From: Bacteroidota bacterium
Lineage (GTDB): Bacteria; Bacteroidota; Bacteroidia; Chitinophagales; Chitinophagaceae
DNA: 64,000 bases
NCBI GenBank assembly: GCA_028875875.1
Contig: JAGWUV010000023.1
Span: forward strand, 1,984 to 65,983
Direction: 5' to 3'
Part shown: positions 28,074 to 37,632 of the stretch, one piece after another
Position numbering within the stretch: the first letter of the stretch is position 1
How the letters are laid out: every line of letters begins with the position of its first letter
Notes under the pieces: generated by a model
What the model saw: only the letters and a program-made list of their open reading frames with translations
Told to the model about the DNA's origin: nothing
The model's database searches: none
Program-made: the position numbers and the translations under genes

Positions 28074-28102
28074 GTTGTGTCACTCACTTCAACGCCTTGT
28101 TC
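28074..28102 (-). repeat. Stop-proximal intergenic motif, copy C
   Basis: Plus strand reads GTTGTGTCACTCACTTCAACGCCTTGTTC. It is 22/29 identical to copy B without gaps. In minus-strand sense it starts GAAC 8 nt after the murF/alr stop codon. Confidence 0.45.
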
Positions 28103-28110
28103 TCTGGGCA

Positions 28111-30567
28111 TCATTCTTCCACATACACTCTTTTCACCCGTTGGCTAATGCCCGTCATGATCTCATATGCAATCGTGCCACAGTTGTCAGCCACCTGCTG
28201 AATGGGAATATGTTTGCCGAATATTTCTACTGTATCGCCTTCTTCAATGCCAGCTAATCCTGTAATATCGATCATACACATATCCATGGCCACACTGCCA
28301 ATAATAGGGGCCAACTGACCTTTGATCCAAACCCTGCCTATATTATTTCCCATCCTTCTGCTTAATCCATCAGCATAGCCAATACGAATGGTAGCAATGA
28401 CACTGTCTCTTTCCAGTTTGCCTTTCCGGCTATAACCTACGGTTTCTGTAGCGGGTACCTTTCTTATTTGTGCTATCGTAGTACGCAGCGTGGCAACGGT
28501 TTGCAGCAATAGGTCGTGTTCCCCGGTACTGTCAACACCATACAGGCCTATGCCTAATCGCACCATATCAAATTGCAGGTCGACATGCCTGAAAATACCT
28601 GCTGAGTTTGCAATGTGTTTGATAAAAGGGTAAGTGATGTGTTGTGTGAGGTCATTGCAGAACTGCCTATATCTCTCGGCCTGTTCTTTTGTGAACGCAT
28701 CAAACTCCGGTGCTTCGCTGGCGGCTAAATGACTAAAAACAGATTGTACCACCATCGTATTATCAGCTTGTAATGCTGCTCCTACGGTGTTTCCTTCCGT
28801 GAATTCAAAACCCAAACGATTCATGCCGGTATTCACTTTCAGGTGCACAGGAAAAGCAGTGATGCCTTGCTGACTAAGATAGTGATGAAACGAACGATAC
28901 ATGTTCCAGGAGTAGATCTCCGGTTCAAGGTTGTATTCAACCAACGCATCAAAACCTGCTTCGTCGGCGTTCATTACCATGATGGGTAAACTAATGCCCG
29001 CTTGCCTCAGTTCAACGCCTTCATCCGTATACGCCACTGCGAGGTAATCTACTTTGTGAAACTGTAAAACCCTTGCTACTTCTGCACTTCCGCTACCATA
29101 GCTAAAGGCTTTTACCATGGCCATGAGCTTTGTTTGGGGCAATAACTTTTTCTGGTATTCTTTTAAATTGTGTGCAATGGCAGAGAGGTTGATCTCTAAA
29201 ATGGTTTGATGCACTTTTTGCTCCAGCCAGTTGCTAATACGTTCAAAGGCAAATACACGTGCACCTTTTAACAACACAAATTCATCTTTAAAAAGATGGG
29301 TAGTGTTAGACGTAATAAATTGTTCGGTGCCCAAATAAAAACTTGTGTTGCTTATGTTGGCAAACAGCGCTGCGTGCCTGCTGATACTTTCCCCAATACC
29401 AACCATCCTCTTGATATTTCTTTGCACTAATTCAGCCGCTACTTGTTGATATAACAGATCATCAGGAATACCTGATTGTAAAATATCTGAAAGAATAACG
29501 GTGGTGCTTTTTCCTCCTGCCTGTTGTTTTAAGTAATCTAACGCAATACCTAAAGAAGAAAGATCATTACTGTAACTGTCGTTAATAAGTGTACAGTTGT
29601 TGTTGCCTTTTTTCAACTGCAAACGCATTTCAACGGGTTGCAACTGAAGAATTCTTTGTTGTATCGTTTCAACCTGATAATTCAGTAGAAGCATCACACT
29701 GCAGCAAGTAAGGCAATTATCTACCGAAGCAGCGTCAACAAAGGGGATGGTGAGTTGATAGGGTTGACTTTTATAAGTAAAATGAACTTTGGTAGCATTA
29801 TGTTCTTTCTCTTCTTTCGAAATAAATAAACTGGCATTGTTGTCTTTCCTGCTCCATGAAAACAGTTTTACATTCAATTGTACTGCAACGGGAATGTAAT
29901 CAGGGCAATACACTACCTGTTGGCAATGTGTAAAGAGCCTACTCTTTTCTTTTGCTTTTTCATTATCATTCGCAAAGCCTTCGCGGTGTGCTTCACCAAT
30001 ATTGGTAAGAATGCCGATGGTAGGCTGAATGATCTTTTCCAGCTTTTCCATTTCCCCAGTGGTAGAAATACCTGCTTCGAAAATGCCCAGTGTATGCTGA
30101 TTGTTGATCTGCCACACACTTAAAGGAACACCCACCTGGGAATTATAGCTACGCGGACTTCTTACAATGCGATGATCTTCCTGTAATAATTGATTCAACC
30201 ATTCCTTTACAATGGTTTTTCCGTTGCTGCCCGTAATGCCTATAACAGGTAGATTGAATGTGGCTCTATGATGAGCGGCAAGTTTTTGTAATGCCTCCTG
30301 AACATCATCCACTAATAAAAAATTAGCATTAGGAAAGGGATTGTAATCAAAGTTTTTTTCAACTACAAAATTTTTAACGCCGCGGTCATAAACATCTTTA
30401 ATAAACTGGTGCCCATCTCTTCTTGGCCCATGCAGGGCAAAAAACAAAGAAGATTGCGGAAAAACGATACGCCTACTATCAATCAATAAATGTTCTATCA
30501 CTGCATCTGTGTGAATGATGCTTGTTACTTGCAGCACAGTGGCTATATGTTGAATAGAATAGGGCAC
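28111..30567 (-). CDS. Bifunctional UDP-MurNAc-pentapeptide synthetase (MurF) / alanine racemase (Alr) fusion
   Basis: 818 aa. The N-terminal half has the Mur-ligase P-loop GITGSNGKT. The C-terminal half has the alanine-racemase PLP-lysine motif AMVKAFSYGSG and the C-terminal barrel (GYADG...VAMDMCMIDIT). Confidence 0.9.
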   Translation of the reverse strand: MPYSIQHIATVLQVTSIIHTDAVIEHLLIDSRRIVFPQSSLFFALHGPRRDGHQFIKDVYDRGVKNFVVEKNFDYNPFPNANFLLVDDVQEALQKLAAHHRATFNLPVIGITGSNGKTIVKEWLNQLLQEDHRIVRSPRSYNSQVGVPLSVWQINNQHTLGIFEAGISTTGEMEKLEKIIQPTIGILTNIGEAHREGFANDNEKAKEKSRLFTHCQQVVYCPDYIPVAVQLNVKLFSWSRKDNNASLFISKEEKEHNATKVHFTYKSQPYQLTIPFVDAASVDNCLTCCSVMLLLNYQVETIQQRILQLQPVEMRLQLKKGNNNCTLINDSYSNDLSSLGIALDYLKQQAGGKSTTVILSDILQSGIPDDLLYQQVAAELVQRNIKRMVGIGESISRHAALFANISNTSFYLGTEQFITSNTTHLFKDEFVLLKGARVFAFERISNWLEQKVHQTILEINLSAIAHNLKEYQKKLLPQTKLMAMVKAFSYGSGSAEVARVLQFHKVDYLAVAYTDEGVELRQAGISLPIMVMNADEAGFDALVEYNLEPEIYSWNMYRSFHHYLSQQGITAFPVHLKVNTGMNRLGFEFTEGNTVGAALQADNTMVVQSVFSHLAASEAPEFDAFTKEQAERYRQFCNDLTQHITYPFIKHIANSAGIFRHVDLQFDMVRLGIGLYGVDSTGEHDLLLQTVATLRTTIAQIRKVPATETVGYSRKGKLERDSVIATIRIGYADGLSRRMGNNIGRVWIKGQLAPIIGSVAMDMCMIDITGLAGIEEGDTVEIFGKHIPIQQVADNCGTIAYEIMTGISQRVKRVYVEE

Positions 30568-30577
30568 TATTTATCGC

Positions 30578-31522
30578 TTAAAGGTTTTGGTTTTTCTTGT
30601 TTTGAATCATGGAATACAATACGGATCCGCCAATGCAAACAACGATCAATACCAACGATATGATCACTTGTTGCGTATTGGTAAGTATTTGATTTAGGTA
30701 ATATTCGCCTAACATCTTCAAACCTATCAACACCAGCACAATGGCAATGCCCTGCTGAAGGTGTGCGAACTTATTAACGGCTCCTTTCAATAAAAAGAAT
30801 AAACTGCGAAGACCCAAGACCGCAAAGATGTTGGAAGTGTAAATGATCATCCTGTCTTGCGAAATACCCATAACAGCAGGGATTGAATCCAATGCAAATA
30901 CAAGATCTACACTTGCTAAAATGATCACCACCACAAACAGAATGGTGTATTGAGGTTTGCCGTTCACCCGAATTACATATTTACCATGGCCATCACTATC
31001 TGTTAATGGTAAAAAGCGGTTCAGAAATTTGTATACTTTGTTCTTTTTCGGATCAAATTCTTTTTCTTCTTCCTCTGCAAACATTTTAAAACCTGTGTAT
31101 ACAAGGAATACGCCGAATACATACAATATCCAATGGAAGTGTTCTACCAGTTCAACCCCCAGTGTAATAAAACCGATCCTGAAAACAATGGCCATTAATA
31201 TACCAAGCAGTAATACCCTTGAATAAAAGACGGGCTTTATTTTAAAGGAGTTGAAAATAAGGATGAACACGAAAATATTATCAATGCTTAAACTCCATTC
31301 CATCAGGTAGGCACTAAGGTATTCGAGTGCGGGCTTTTGCCCTTCTTCTATAAAAAGAAACACACAAAATGCTGATGCCAGTAACACCCAAAATAGCGTT
31401 TGGCGGAGTGCCGCTTTGATAGTAACGGCTTTGTTTCGCTTGCTGAGTAAGCCTAGATCCAATATCAATGCCAGCAGGATCACAATGCCAAAAACAATCG
31501 ATACAACCTGGTGTGGTGCCAT
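30578..31522 (-). CDS. terC: TerC/Alx-family integral membrane protein
   Basis: 314 aa with about 8-9 TM segments and the EWSLSIDNIFVF and ASVDLVFALDSIPAV repeat motifs of TerC. Confidence 0.85.
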   Translation of the reverse strand: MAPHQVVSIVFGIVILLALILDLGLLSKRNKAVTIKAALRQTLFWVLLASAFCVFLFIEEGQKPALEYLSAYLMEWSLSIDNIFVFILIFNSFKIKPVFYSRVLLLGILMAIVFRIGFITLGVELVEHFHWILYVFGVFLVYTGFKMFAEEEEKEFDPKKNKVYKFLNRFLPLTDSDGHGKYVIRVNGKPQYTILFVVVIILASVDLVFALDSIPAVMGISQDRMIIYTSNIFAVLGLRSLFFLLKGAVNKFAHLQQGIAIVLVLIGLKMLGEYYLNQILTNTQQVIISLVLIVVCIGGSVLYSMIQNKKNQNL

Positions 31523-31551
31523 GCAGAAAGTTTATATGTAAAGATACAGGG

Positions 31552-33270
31552 TTATGACGCATACTTTTTCCGCCGTTGCCATTGCATCAGCAGCCCAAAT
31601 GCAATGATCAAAACAACCGGAACAATAATGTTAATAGCCTGCCAGAAGGTCTTTTGTTCAGCTACTTTATTCTTGTCCAGTAAACGTAAAGTAAGGTCTT
31701 TGTTGCGTGTTTCGAGAATAGCATCATTGCCTACTAAATAATCAACACAATTCATAATAAATTCTCGGTTGGCAAACTGGTAGTTTTCAAATTGTTGTGT
31801 ACCCATAGCCAACGGGCCCTGGGTTTGTGTAACAACATTCGTAGCCAGGTCAGCATCGCTGATCACAATTTGTTTTGATTCCTTTATGGCTGAGGGAAGG
31901 AAAGGAACGCCTGTAAGTTTTTGAACAGAATCCTGCATTTCCTTGGTAAACCTGTTGGCATAAAGCGAATGAAACTTTCCTTCAAGCAGTACAGCAATGG
32001 GAATATAACTCTTGGTGAAGGTTTTTAGGTCATCGTCTGTTTCAACGCTTTTCAGTTTTACCCAGGCCGGTGTACCAATGGTTCTGCTATTAGTGTCACT
32101 TGATAGCAAAACGGTTTTAGTAATGCCCGGTGCTTTCACCGTATCAATCGATGAAGGGAAATAACTTAGCACCTGGTCTAGGTTTTTGGATATAGCATGA
32201 TGCGTGGCAGGTGGGGCTGCCAGTAAAGGATAATACGGAAATGGGATCCGTTCGATCTGCGGCTGCCCGCCTGCATTACCTACCACCAAAGGTTGTTTAG
32301 CACAGGTAAGGTCTTGCACCAGGTCCGGATTGATTCTTACACCATATTTAAACAACAGGTCATCAATATTCAAACCTTTGTCGTAGGCAACAAAATCGTT
32401 TTTTGCCCGAAGTAAACTATCAAATTCAGCGTACAACTTATCAATTAGCCAAATTACTTTGCCGCCCTGCATCACATATTGATCGATCTTTATCTTCTCA
32501 TCCTCTGTAAATGCAGTAGCCGGTTTAACAATCAATAAAGCTTTAATGGTATCGGCGTTTAAAATACCATTCTTCATATCCATCACACCAAAGCGGTAAT
32601 TGTTCCGCATCATATCAAACAGATCCCTTATGGTTGGGTTCAAAGGTTCTCCATTGCCTGCCGCATAAGCTACTACCGGGAAGGTCGTTTGCGTAAGTTT
32701 ATGAATAGCATCATCAAACTTAAATTCTAATAATGCTTCTGAATAATTGAGTGTACTTTCTTCATCCATACCGCTCTTCCCGCTCATCAGGTCCACCGGC
32801 AATAATTTGCCTTTGTATCTTACTATCGCAGAAGGAAAAATCAGTCTTTCCGTTTTTTCATCAGTATTTTTTTCATTCACCTGGTTGTTGAACACTTTTA
32901 CACCGATGCGAGTAAGACTATCATACAACAATACTTTGGCACTATCACGTAAACCCTCACCGGGTTTTTTGAAATAAAAATGCAAGTGGCCATTCGAATA
33001 ATCCCTGTAGTTCTCTAAGAGTTCATCCGTAGCAATACTTAACTTTTTAAAGCCTGAACTGAGGTTGCCGGTAAGATAAACTTCTATCTCAATATCATCA
33101 TTCAGATTGCCTAACAGATCTTTGGTTGCATGGCTGAGCGAATATCTTTTTTCAGCAGTTAAGTCCAGTTTGGTATGATACAAAGAAGAGATGCTAACAA
33201 TGCCAATGAACAGGGCAATCAATATTGCCCATCCGTATTTTTTATCTAATAAATTCTGCATCCATTTCAT
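31552..33270 (-). CDS. gldG: Gliding-motility ABC transporter accessory protein GldG
   Basis: 572 aa with N- and C-terminal TM anchors and a large periplasmic domain. The N-terminus LDLTAEKRYSLSHATKDLL is typical, and the gene directly follows gldF. Confidence 0.85.
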   Translation of the reverse strand: MKWMQNLLDKKYGWAILIALFIGIVSISSLYHTKLDLTAEKRYSLSHATKDLLGNLNDDIEIEVYLTGNLSSGFKKLSIATDELLENYRDYSNGHLHFYFKKPGEGLRDSAKVLLYDSLTRIGVKVFNNQVNEKNTDEKTERLIFPSAIVRYKGKLLPVDLMSGKSGMDEESTLNYSEALLEFKFDDAIHKLTQTTFPVVAYAAGNGEPLNPTIRDLFDMMRNNYRFGVMDMKNGILNADTIKALLIVKPATAFTEDEKIKIDQYVMQGGKVIWLIDKLYAEFDSLLRAKNDFVAYDKGLNIDDLLFKYGVRINPDLVQDLTCAKQPLVVGNAGGQPQIERIPFPYYPLLAAPPATHHAISKNLDQVLSYFPSSIDTVKAPGITKTVLLSSDTNSRTIGTPAWVKLKSVETDDDLKTFTKSYIPIAVLLEGKFHSLYANRFTKEMQDSVQKLTGVPFLPSAIKESKQIVISDADLATNVVTQTQGPLAMGTQQFENYQFANREFIMNCVDYLVGNDAILETRNKDLTLRLLDKNKVAEQKTFWQAINIIVPVVLIIAFGLLMQWQRRKKYAS

Positions 33271-33304
33271 TTGGTAACCAACATTTGTTTTTCAAGGAAG
33301 CTTC

Positions 33305-33333
33305 GTTGCGTCGCACCCTTCAACTTCCTGTTC
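33305..33333 (-). repeat. Stop-proximal intergenic motif, copy B
   Basis: Plus strand reads GTTGCGTCGCACCCTTCAACTTCCTGTTC. It shares an exact 11-mer with copy A. In minus-strand sense it starts GAAC 11 nt after the gldF stop codon. Confidence 0.45.
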
Positions 33334-33344
33334 AATAAGCAGCG

Positions 33345-34067
33345 CTATCTTTTCCTGATATTTCTTTCCGTGATCAATAAAAAGAAAACAATCATTCCTA
33401 AGAAATAAATCACATCTCTTGTATCTATAACACCTCTGCTTAAATTCTTGTAATGAAAATCAATGCCCAGCATCTCCACATAATAATCCATACTCCCTTT
33501 GAATACGGGTAATTTACTGATCGCTCCAAAACCATTGAATAAAATAAAACAGGTAAATGCGCCGGTGATAAAGGCTACCACTGTATTATTGGTAAAACTA
33601 CTGCTACAAATACCTACGGCTATGAATACCAGTGATAATAAAAGCAAGCCTATATAACTGCCAGTCGTTCCTGCAATATCAATGCCGTCTGTGCTGCTTA
33701 ATTGCTGGATGGAATAGGTATAGATTACAGTGGGTAAGAGTGCTGCAATGATGATGAGGGCAGCACCTGAAAATTTACCGTTCACAATTTGTTTTGGGGT
33801 AAGCGGTAAAGTTTTTAATAATTCGAAAGTGCCGGATTTGTATTCATCTGCAATGCTACGCATGGTAATGGTGGGAATGAAAAAGATCAGTATCCAGGGT
33901 GCCATATTAAAAAAGCCGGATAGGGTAGCATAGCCAAAATCGAGTAGGCTGGTATCGGGGAAAACGAAAAGAAATAATCCATTCAGCAATAAAAAAATTA
34001 CCAGGGCTATGTATCCCGTAAGACTGCTGAAAAACTGTTGCCATTCTTTTTTACAGATCATCCACAT
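33345..34067 (-). CDS. gldF: Gliding-motility ABC transporter permease GldF (ABC-2 type)
   Basis: 240 aa with 6 TM segments and N-terminal CKKEWQQFFSSLTGYIALVIFLLLNGLF, typical of GldF. Confidence 0.85.
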   Translation of the reverse strand: MWMICKKEWQQFFSSLTGYIALVIFLLLNGLFLFVFPDTSLLDFGYATLSGFFNMAPWILIFFIPTITMRSIADEYKSGTFELLKTLPLTPKQIVNGKFSGAALIIIAALLPTVIYTYSIQQLSSTDGIDIAGTTGSYIGLLLLSLVFIAVGICSSSFTNNTVVAFITGAFTCFILFNGFGAISKLPVFKGSMDYYVEMLGIDFHYKNLSRGVIDTRDVIYFLGMIVFFLLITERNIRKR

Positions 34068-34132
34068 ATTTCAAAACTAAGCGTTAGTTGTATTGGATGA
34101 ACAATGGTTGAAAATTTTACCATCCTCACAAC

Positions 34133-34161
34133 AAAAAAGGCTTCAATATATGAAGCCTTTT
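34133..34161 (-). terminator. Intrinsic terminator after the isc genes
   Basis: Minus strand reads AAGGCTTCA-tatat-TGAAGCCTT followed by TTTT. Confidence 0.65.
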
Positions 34162-34183
34162 CAATATCACACTCACAACAAAT

Positions 34184-34543
34184 TTATACTGCGAAACTTT
34201 CTCCGCATCCACAACTTCTGCTGGCGTTAGGGTTGTTGAAATAAAAACCTTTGCCATTCAATCCATCGGAGAAATCGAGTTCAGTATTTACAAGGTATAA
34301 GAAACTTTTCAGGTCTGTAACTACTTTCACACCATTGTCTTCAAATACCTGGTCCATCGGCTTTTGCTCATTGTCAAAGTCGAGCTTGTAACTTAAACCG
34401 GAACAACCTCCGCCTACCACACCCACTCTTAAAAAATAAGAGGGATCGTTGGCAATGCCTGCATCCTGCATCAATTGCGCAACTTTGGCTTTTGCCTTAT
34501 CACTCACATAAATTCCGTTATCTGTTGCTACCATAATTTCCAA
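34184..34543 (-). CDS. iscA: Iron-sulfur cluster insertion protein (IscA/ErpA/HesB family)
   Basis: GGCSG plus the C-terminal CGCGESF cysteine ligands. Confidence 0.85.
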   Translation of the reverse strand: MEIMVATDNGIYVSDKAKAKVAQLMQDAGIANDPSYFLRVGVVGGGCSGLSYKLDFDNEQKPMDQVFEDNGVKVVTDLKSFLYLVNTELDFSDGLNGKGFYFNNPNASRSCGCGESFAV

Positions 34544-34594
34544 TTTAATGCTTAAAGGTTTTTAGTGCCTTTAAGTATTTAATCTTTAAAACAA

Positions 34595-35011
34595 TTAGTG
34601 AATCCTTTCTTCAAAAACCAACTCTTCCAAACCGTTTTTCTTTCTGTAATCGTTAATAGCAGCCTTGATCGCATCTTCAGCCAGTACAGAACAGTGAATT
34701 TTTACAGGAGGAAGGTTTAACTCTTCTACAATATCCATATTATCAATTGCCACTGCCTGGTCAAGTGTTTTTCCTTTCAACCATTCTGTAGCCAATGATG
34801 AAGAGGCAATCGCAGAGCCACATCCAAAAGTTTTGAATTTAGCATCTTTAATAACGCCGGTAGCATCATCCACTTCAATTTGCAAACGCATTACGTCACC
34901 ACATTCAGGAGCACCTACCAGGCCTGTACCTACATTTTTGCTGCCTTTGTCCAAAGTTCCAACGTTCTTTGGGTTGCTGTAGTGATCGATTACTTTTTCT
35001 GAGTATGCCAT
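34595..35011 (-). CDS. iscU: Fe-S cluster assembly scaffold IscU
   Basis: GAPECGDVM, FGCGSAIASSS, the LPPVK Hsc66-binding motif and HCS. Confidence 0.95.
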   Translation of the reverse strand: MAYSEKVIDHYSNPKNVGTLDKGSKNVGTGLVGAPECGDVMRLQIEVDDATGVIKDAKFKTFGCGSAIASSSLATEWLKGKTLDQAVAIDNMDIVEELNLPPVKIHCSVLAEDAIKAAINDYRKKNGLEELVFEERIH

Positions 35012-35054
35012 TGTATAAACTATTTAATTGTTAAGTAAAAATTGTTGATTACGC

Positions 35055-36272
35055 TTAGTGGTGAGCCCATTCAATAGTGTTCAAATCAATTCCTTCTTTG
35101 AACATTTCCCAAAGCGGACTCATTTCTCTCAATTTTAATACAGTTTGAGAAATTTGTTCTATCGTGTAATCAATTTGTTCCTCTGTAGTAAATCTGCTTA
35201 AGCCGAAACGAAGTGAGCTGTGTGCCAGATCATCACCTAAACCTAATGCTTTCAACACATAGCTTGGCTCCAAAGAAGCAGATGTACATGCAGAGCCGGA
35301 GCTCAAGGCGATATTTTTATTAAAGCCCATCATTAAACCTTCGCCTTCCACATATTTGAAAGAAATGTTGCTCACATGTGGCAAACGATGTTCTTTGCTT
35401 CCGTTCACATATGCTTCTTCTAATTGCAACAAAGCGTTTTCCAGCTTGTCTCTCAACTTGCTGATATATTCAGTGTCTTTAGCCATTTCCAGTCTGCATA
35501 ATTCGCAAGCTTTACCAAAACCTACAATGCCGGGAACATTCAGCGTACCACTACGCATGCCTCTTTCGTGGCCACCGCCATCCATTTGAGCGGTTACTTT
35601 AACGCGAGGGTTTTTACGACGCACGTACAAAGCACCTACGCCTTTTGGTCCGTACATTTTATGTCCGGTAAATGCCATCAGGTCAATACCATCTTTTTGA
35701 ACATCTACAGGTATCTTACCTACAGCTTGAGTGCCATCTGTAAAGAAAAGAACACCGTGCTTTTTAGCAATAGCAGAAATTTCTTTAACAGGTTGTATAA
35801 CGCCCACCTCATTATTGGCGTACATAATGGCGATCAGTATAGTAGTTGGCTTGATAGCTGCCTCCAGTTCTTTCAGATCTATCAATCCTTCTGCATTCAC
35901 GGGTAAGTAAGTAACTTCTCCACCTAATTTTTCAATGTGTTTGCATGTATCTAAAACAGCTTTGTGTTCAGTAACCACGGTGATGATGTGATTGCCTTTT
36001 GAAGCATACATTTCAAAAACACCTTTGATAGCAAGATTATCGCCTTCTGTGGCGCCTGATGTAAAGATGATCTCTTTGGGGTCTGCACCAATTAATTGAG
36101 CTACTTGTTCACGGGCATAATCCACCGCTTCTTCCGCTTCCCATCCAAAAGGGTGGTTACGGCTGGCGGCATTTCCAAAGTGTTCTGTGAAGTACGGCAA
36201 CATAGCTTCCAGCACCCGTGGGTCCATGGGAGTTGTAGCATTATTGTCAAGGTAAATCGGTAATTTCAGCAT
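35055..36272 (-). CDS. iscS: Cysteine desulfurase IscS
   Basis: 405 aa with [12 protein letters not shown] lysine [11 protein letters not shown], active-site loop SSGSACTS and a C-terminal WAHH. Confidence 0.95.
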   Translation of the reverse strand: MLKLPIYLDNNATTPMDPRVLEAMLPYFTEHFGNAASRNHPFGWEAEEAVDYAREQVAQLIGADPKEIIFTSGATEGDNLAIKGVFEMYASKGNHIITVVTEHKAVLDTCKHIEKLGGEVTYLPVNAEGLIDLKELEAAIKPTTILIAIMYANNEVGVIQPVKEISAIAKKHGVLFFTDGTQAVGKIPVDVQKDGIDLMAFTGHKMYGPKGVGALYVRRKNPRVKVTAQMDGGGHERGMRSGTLNVPGIVGFGKACELCRLEMAKDTEYISKLRDKLENALLQLEEAYVNGSKEHRLPHVSNISFKYVEGEGLMMGFNKNIALSSGSACTSASLEPSYVLKALGLGDDLAHSSLRFGLSRFTTEEQIDYTIEQISQTVLKLREMSPLWEMFKEGIDLNTIEWAHH

Positions 36273-36399
36273 AATCTTATTGCAGTTTTTTACTTACTAA
36301 CAACACAAATGTACTGGAATAGGTTTTATTATTTTGTGAAGCAAACCCAATAGGGGATTAAATTCCAGATTTCGAAAAGCTATTTTAAAAAGAGAAATT

Positions 36400-36801
36400 A
36401 TGTTGAAAGTAGAGCATATTGGTATTGCAGTGAAGGCCCTTGAAACCTCTGTTCCCTTGTTCGAAAAACTACTTAATACGGCATGTTATAAAACTGAAAC
36501 GGTAGCATCTGAACAGGTAAAAACTGCTTTTTTCCGGCAGGGGGAAACCAAGATTGAGCTATTGGAAAGCATGGATGAACAGGGCGTGATTGCAAGGTTT
36601 GTAGAAAAAAAAGGAGAAGGGGTGCACCATATCGCTTTTGAGGTAACGGATATTTTGGCTGAAATGAAAAGGTTACAGCAGGAAGGTTTTGTTTTACTGA
36701 ATACAACGCCTAAAAATGGGGCTGACAATAAACTGGTTTGTTTTCTTCATCCTAAGCATACCAATGGTGTTTTGATAGAGTTATGTCAGGAGATTAAATA
36801 A
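36400..36801 (+). CDS. mce: Methylmalonyl-CoA epimerase (VOC/glyoxalase fold)
   Basis: 133 aa with VEHIGIAV..., GEGVHHIAFEV and VCFLHPKHTNGVLIEL. Confidence 0.85.
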   Translation: MLKVEHIGIAVKALETSVPLFEKLLNTACYKTETVASEQVKTAFFRQGETKIELLESMDEQGVIARFVEKKGEGVHHIAFEVTDILAEMKRLQQEGFVLLNTTPKNGADNKLVCFLHPKHTNGVLIELCQEIK

Positions 36802-36883
36802 CCGCCTATACTGCCTAATTGTAGTAGCGCAGGGCTTAGTCTGAGCTTTGTTTTCTAACTTACAAATAGAAAATATTCGCTCT

Positions 36884-37522
36884 ATGAAAAGCTTTAACCT
36901 ACTGCTTGCTATTTTGCTGTTAGCAGCATGTACTTCTACAAGAATCACCAGTAGCTGGAAATCTGCCGATAGTACGGCCAGTAAAAGTTTTAAAAAAATA
37001 CTGGTAGTGGCTGTAATGAATGATAAAGACCGCAGGATCAGGGAACACATGGAATCGCACCTTGTAGCTTCACTCATCGATAACGGGTACGATGCCATTA
37101 GTTCAATGGAGGAATATGGACCTAAAACATTCAGTAAAATGAATGAAGAAGAAGTTTTGCAGCAATTGCATAGCAATGAAATTGATGCAGTAATTACAAT
37201 TAGCCTGCTTGATAAATCCAGGGAAAGATCGTACGTGCCGGGCAATGTAACCTATCAGCCCAGCTATATGATGTACAATCGTTTCTGGCCCTATTACCAC
37301 GCTTATTACGGCCGGGTGTATACGCCGGGATATTATACCGTTAATACAAAGTATTTTTTCGAAACCAATCTATACGGATTAAAAGGTACGGATAAGGATC
37401 TCATCTATTCTGCACAATCAGAAGCTTTCGATCCGGCAAGTGCCGATGAAATGGCACATGGTTATGCAAAAGCCATTATCAGGAATATGAAAAGCAAAGC
37501 TTTGCTTGCTGCGAGTAAGTAA
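36884..37522 (+). CDS. Lipoprotein of unknown function (DUF4136-like, tentative)
   Basis: I take the start at ATG 36884. Lipobox LLLAAC follows a signal peptide. Tyr-rich C-terminal half. Confidence 0.55.
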   Translation: MKSFNLLLAILLLAACTSTRITSSWKSADSTASKSFKKILVVAVMNDKDRRIREHMESHLVASLIDNGYDAISSMEEYGPKTFSKMNEEEVLQQLHSNEIDAVITISLLDKSRERSYVPGNVTYQPSYMMYNRFWPYYHAYYGRVYTPGYYTVNTKYFFETNLYGLKGTDKDLIYSAQSEAFDPASADEMAHGYAKAIIRNMKSKALLAASK

Positions 37523-37530
37523 GGGGTATA

Positions 37531-37632
37531 TTAATGGGAGAAGAATAAGATGGCCGCAATGCCCACAAGTAAAAGGGCCGTAAAGAGTGTCAATTTTTTG
37601 ATCAGCTGAAACTTGAATTGATTGTCATTCAT
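37531..37632 (-). CDS. Candidate 33-aa single-pass membrane peptide, translationally coupled to rnc
   Basis: Below the ORF-track length cutoff. The minus strand encodes MNDNQFKFQLIKKLTLFTALLLVGIAAILFFSH, then TAA. Its ATG (37632-37630) overlaps the rnc TGA (37634-37632) as ATGA. Confidence 0.35.
   Translation of the reverse strand: MNDNQFKFQLIKKLTLFTALLLVGIAAILFFSH

Noticed and set aside
31523-31551. Expected yybP-ykoY (Mn) riboswitch in front of the TerC-family gene
   Set aside because: Only 29 nt separate terC from the gldG stop. That leaves no room for the ~100-nt element.
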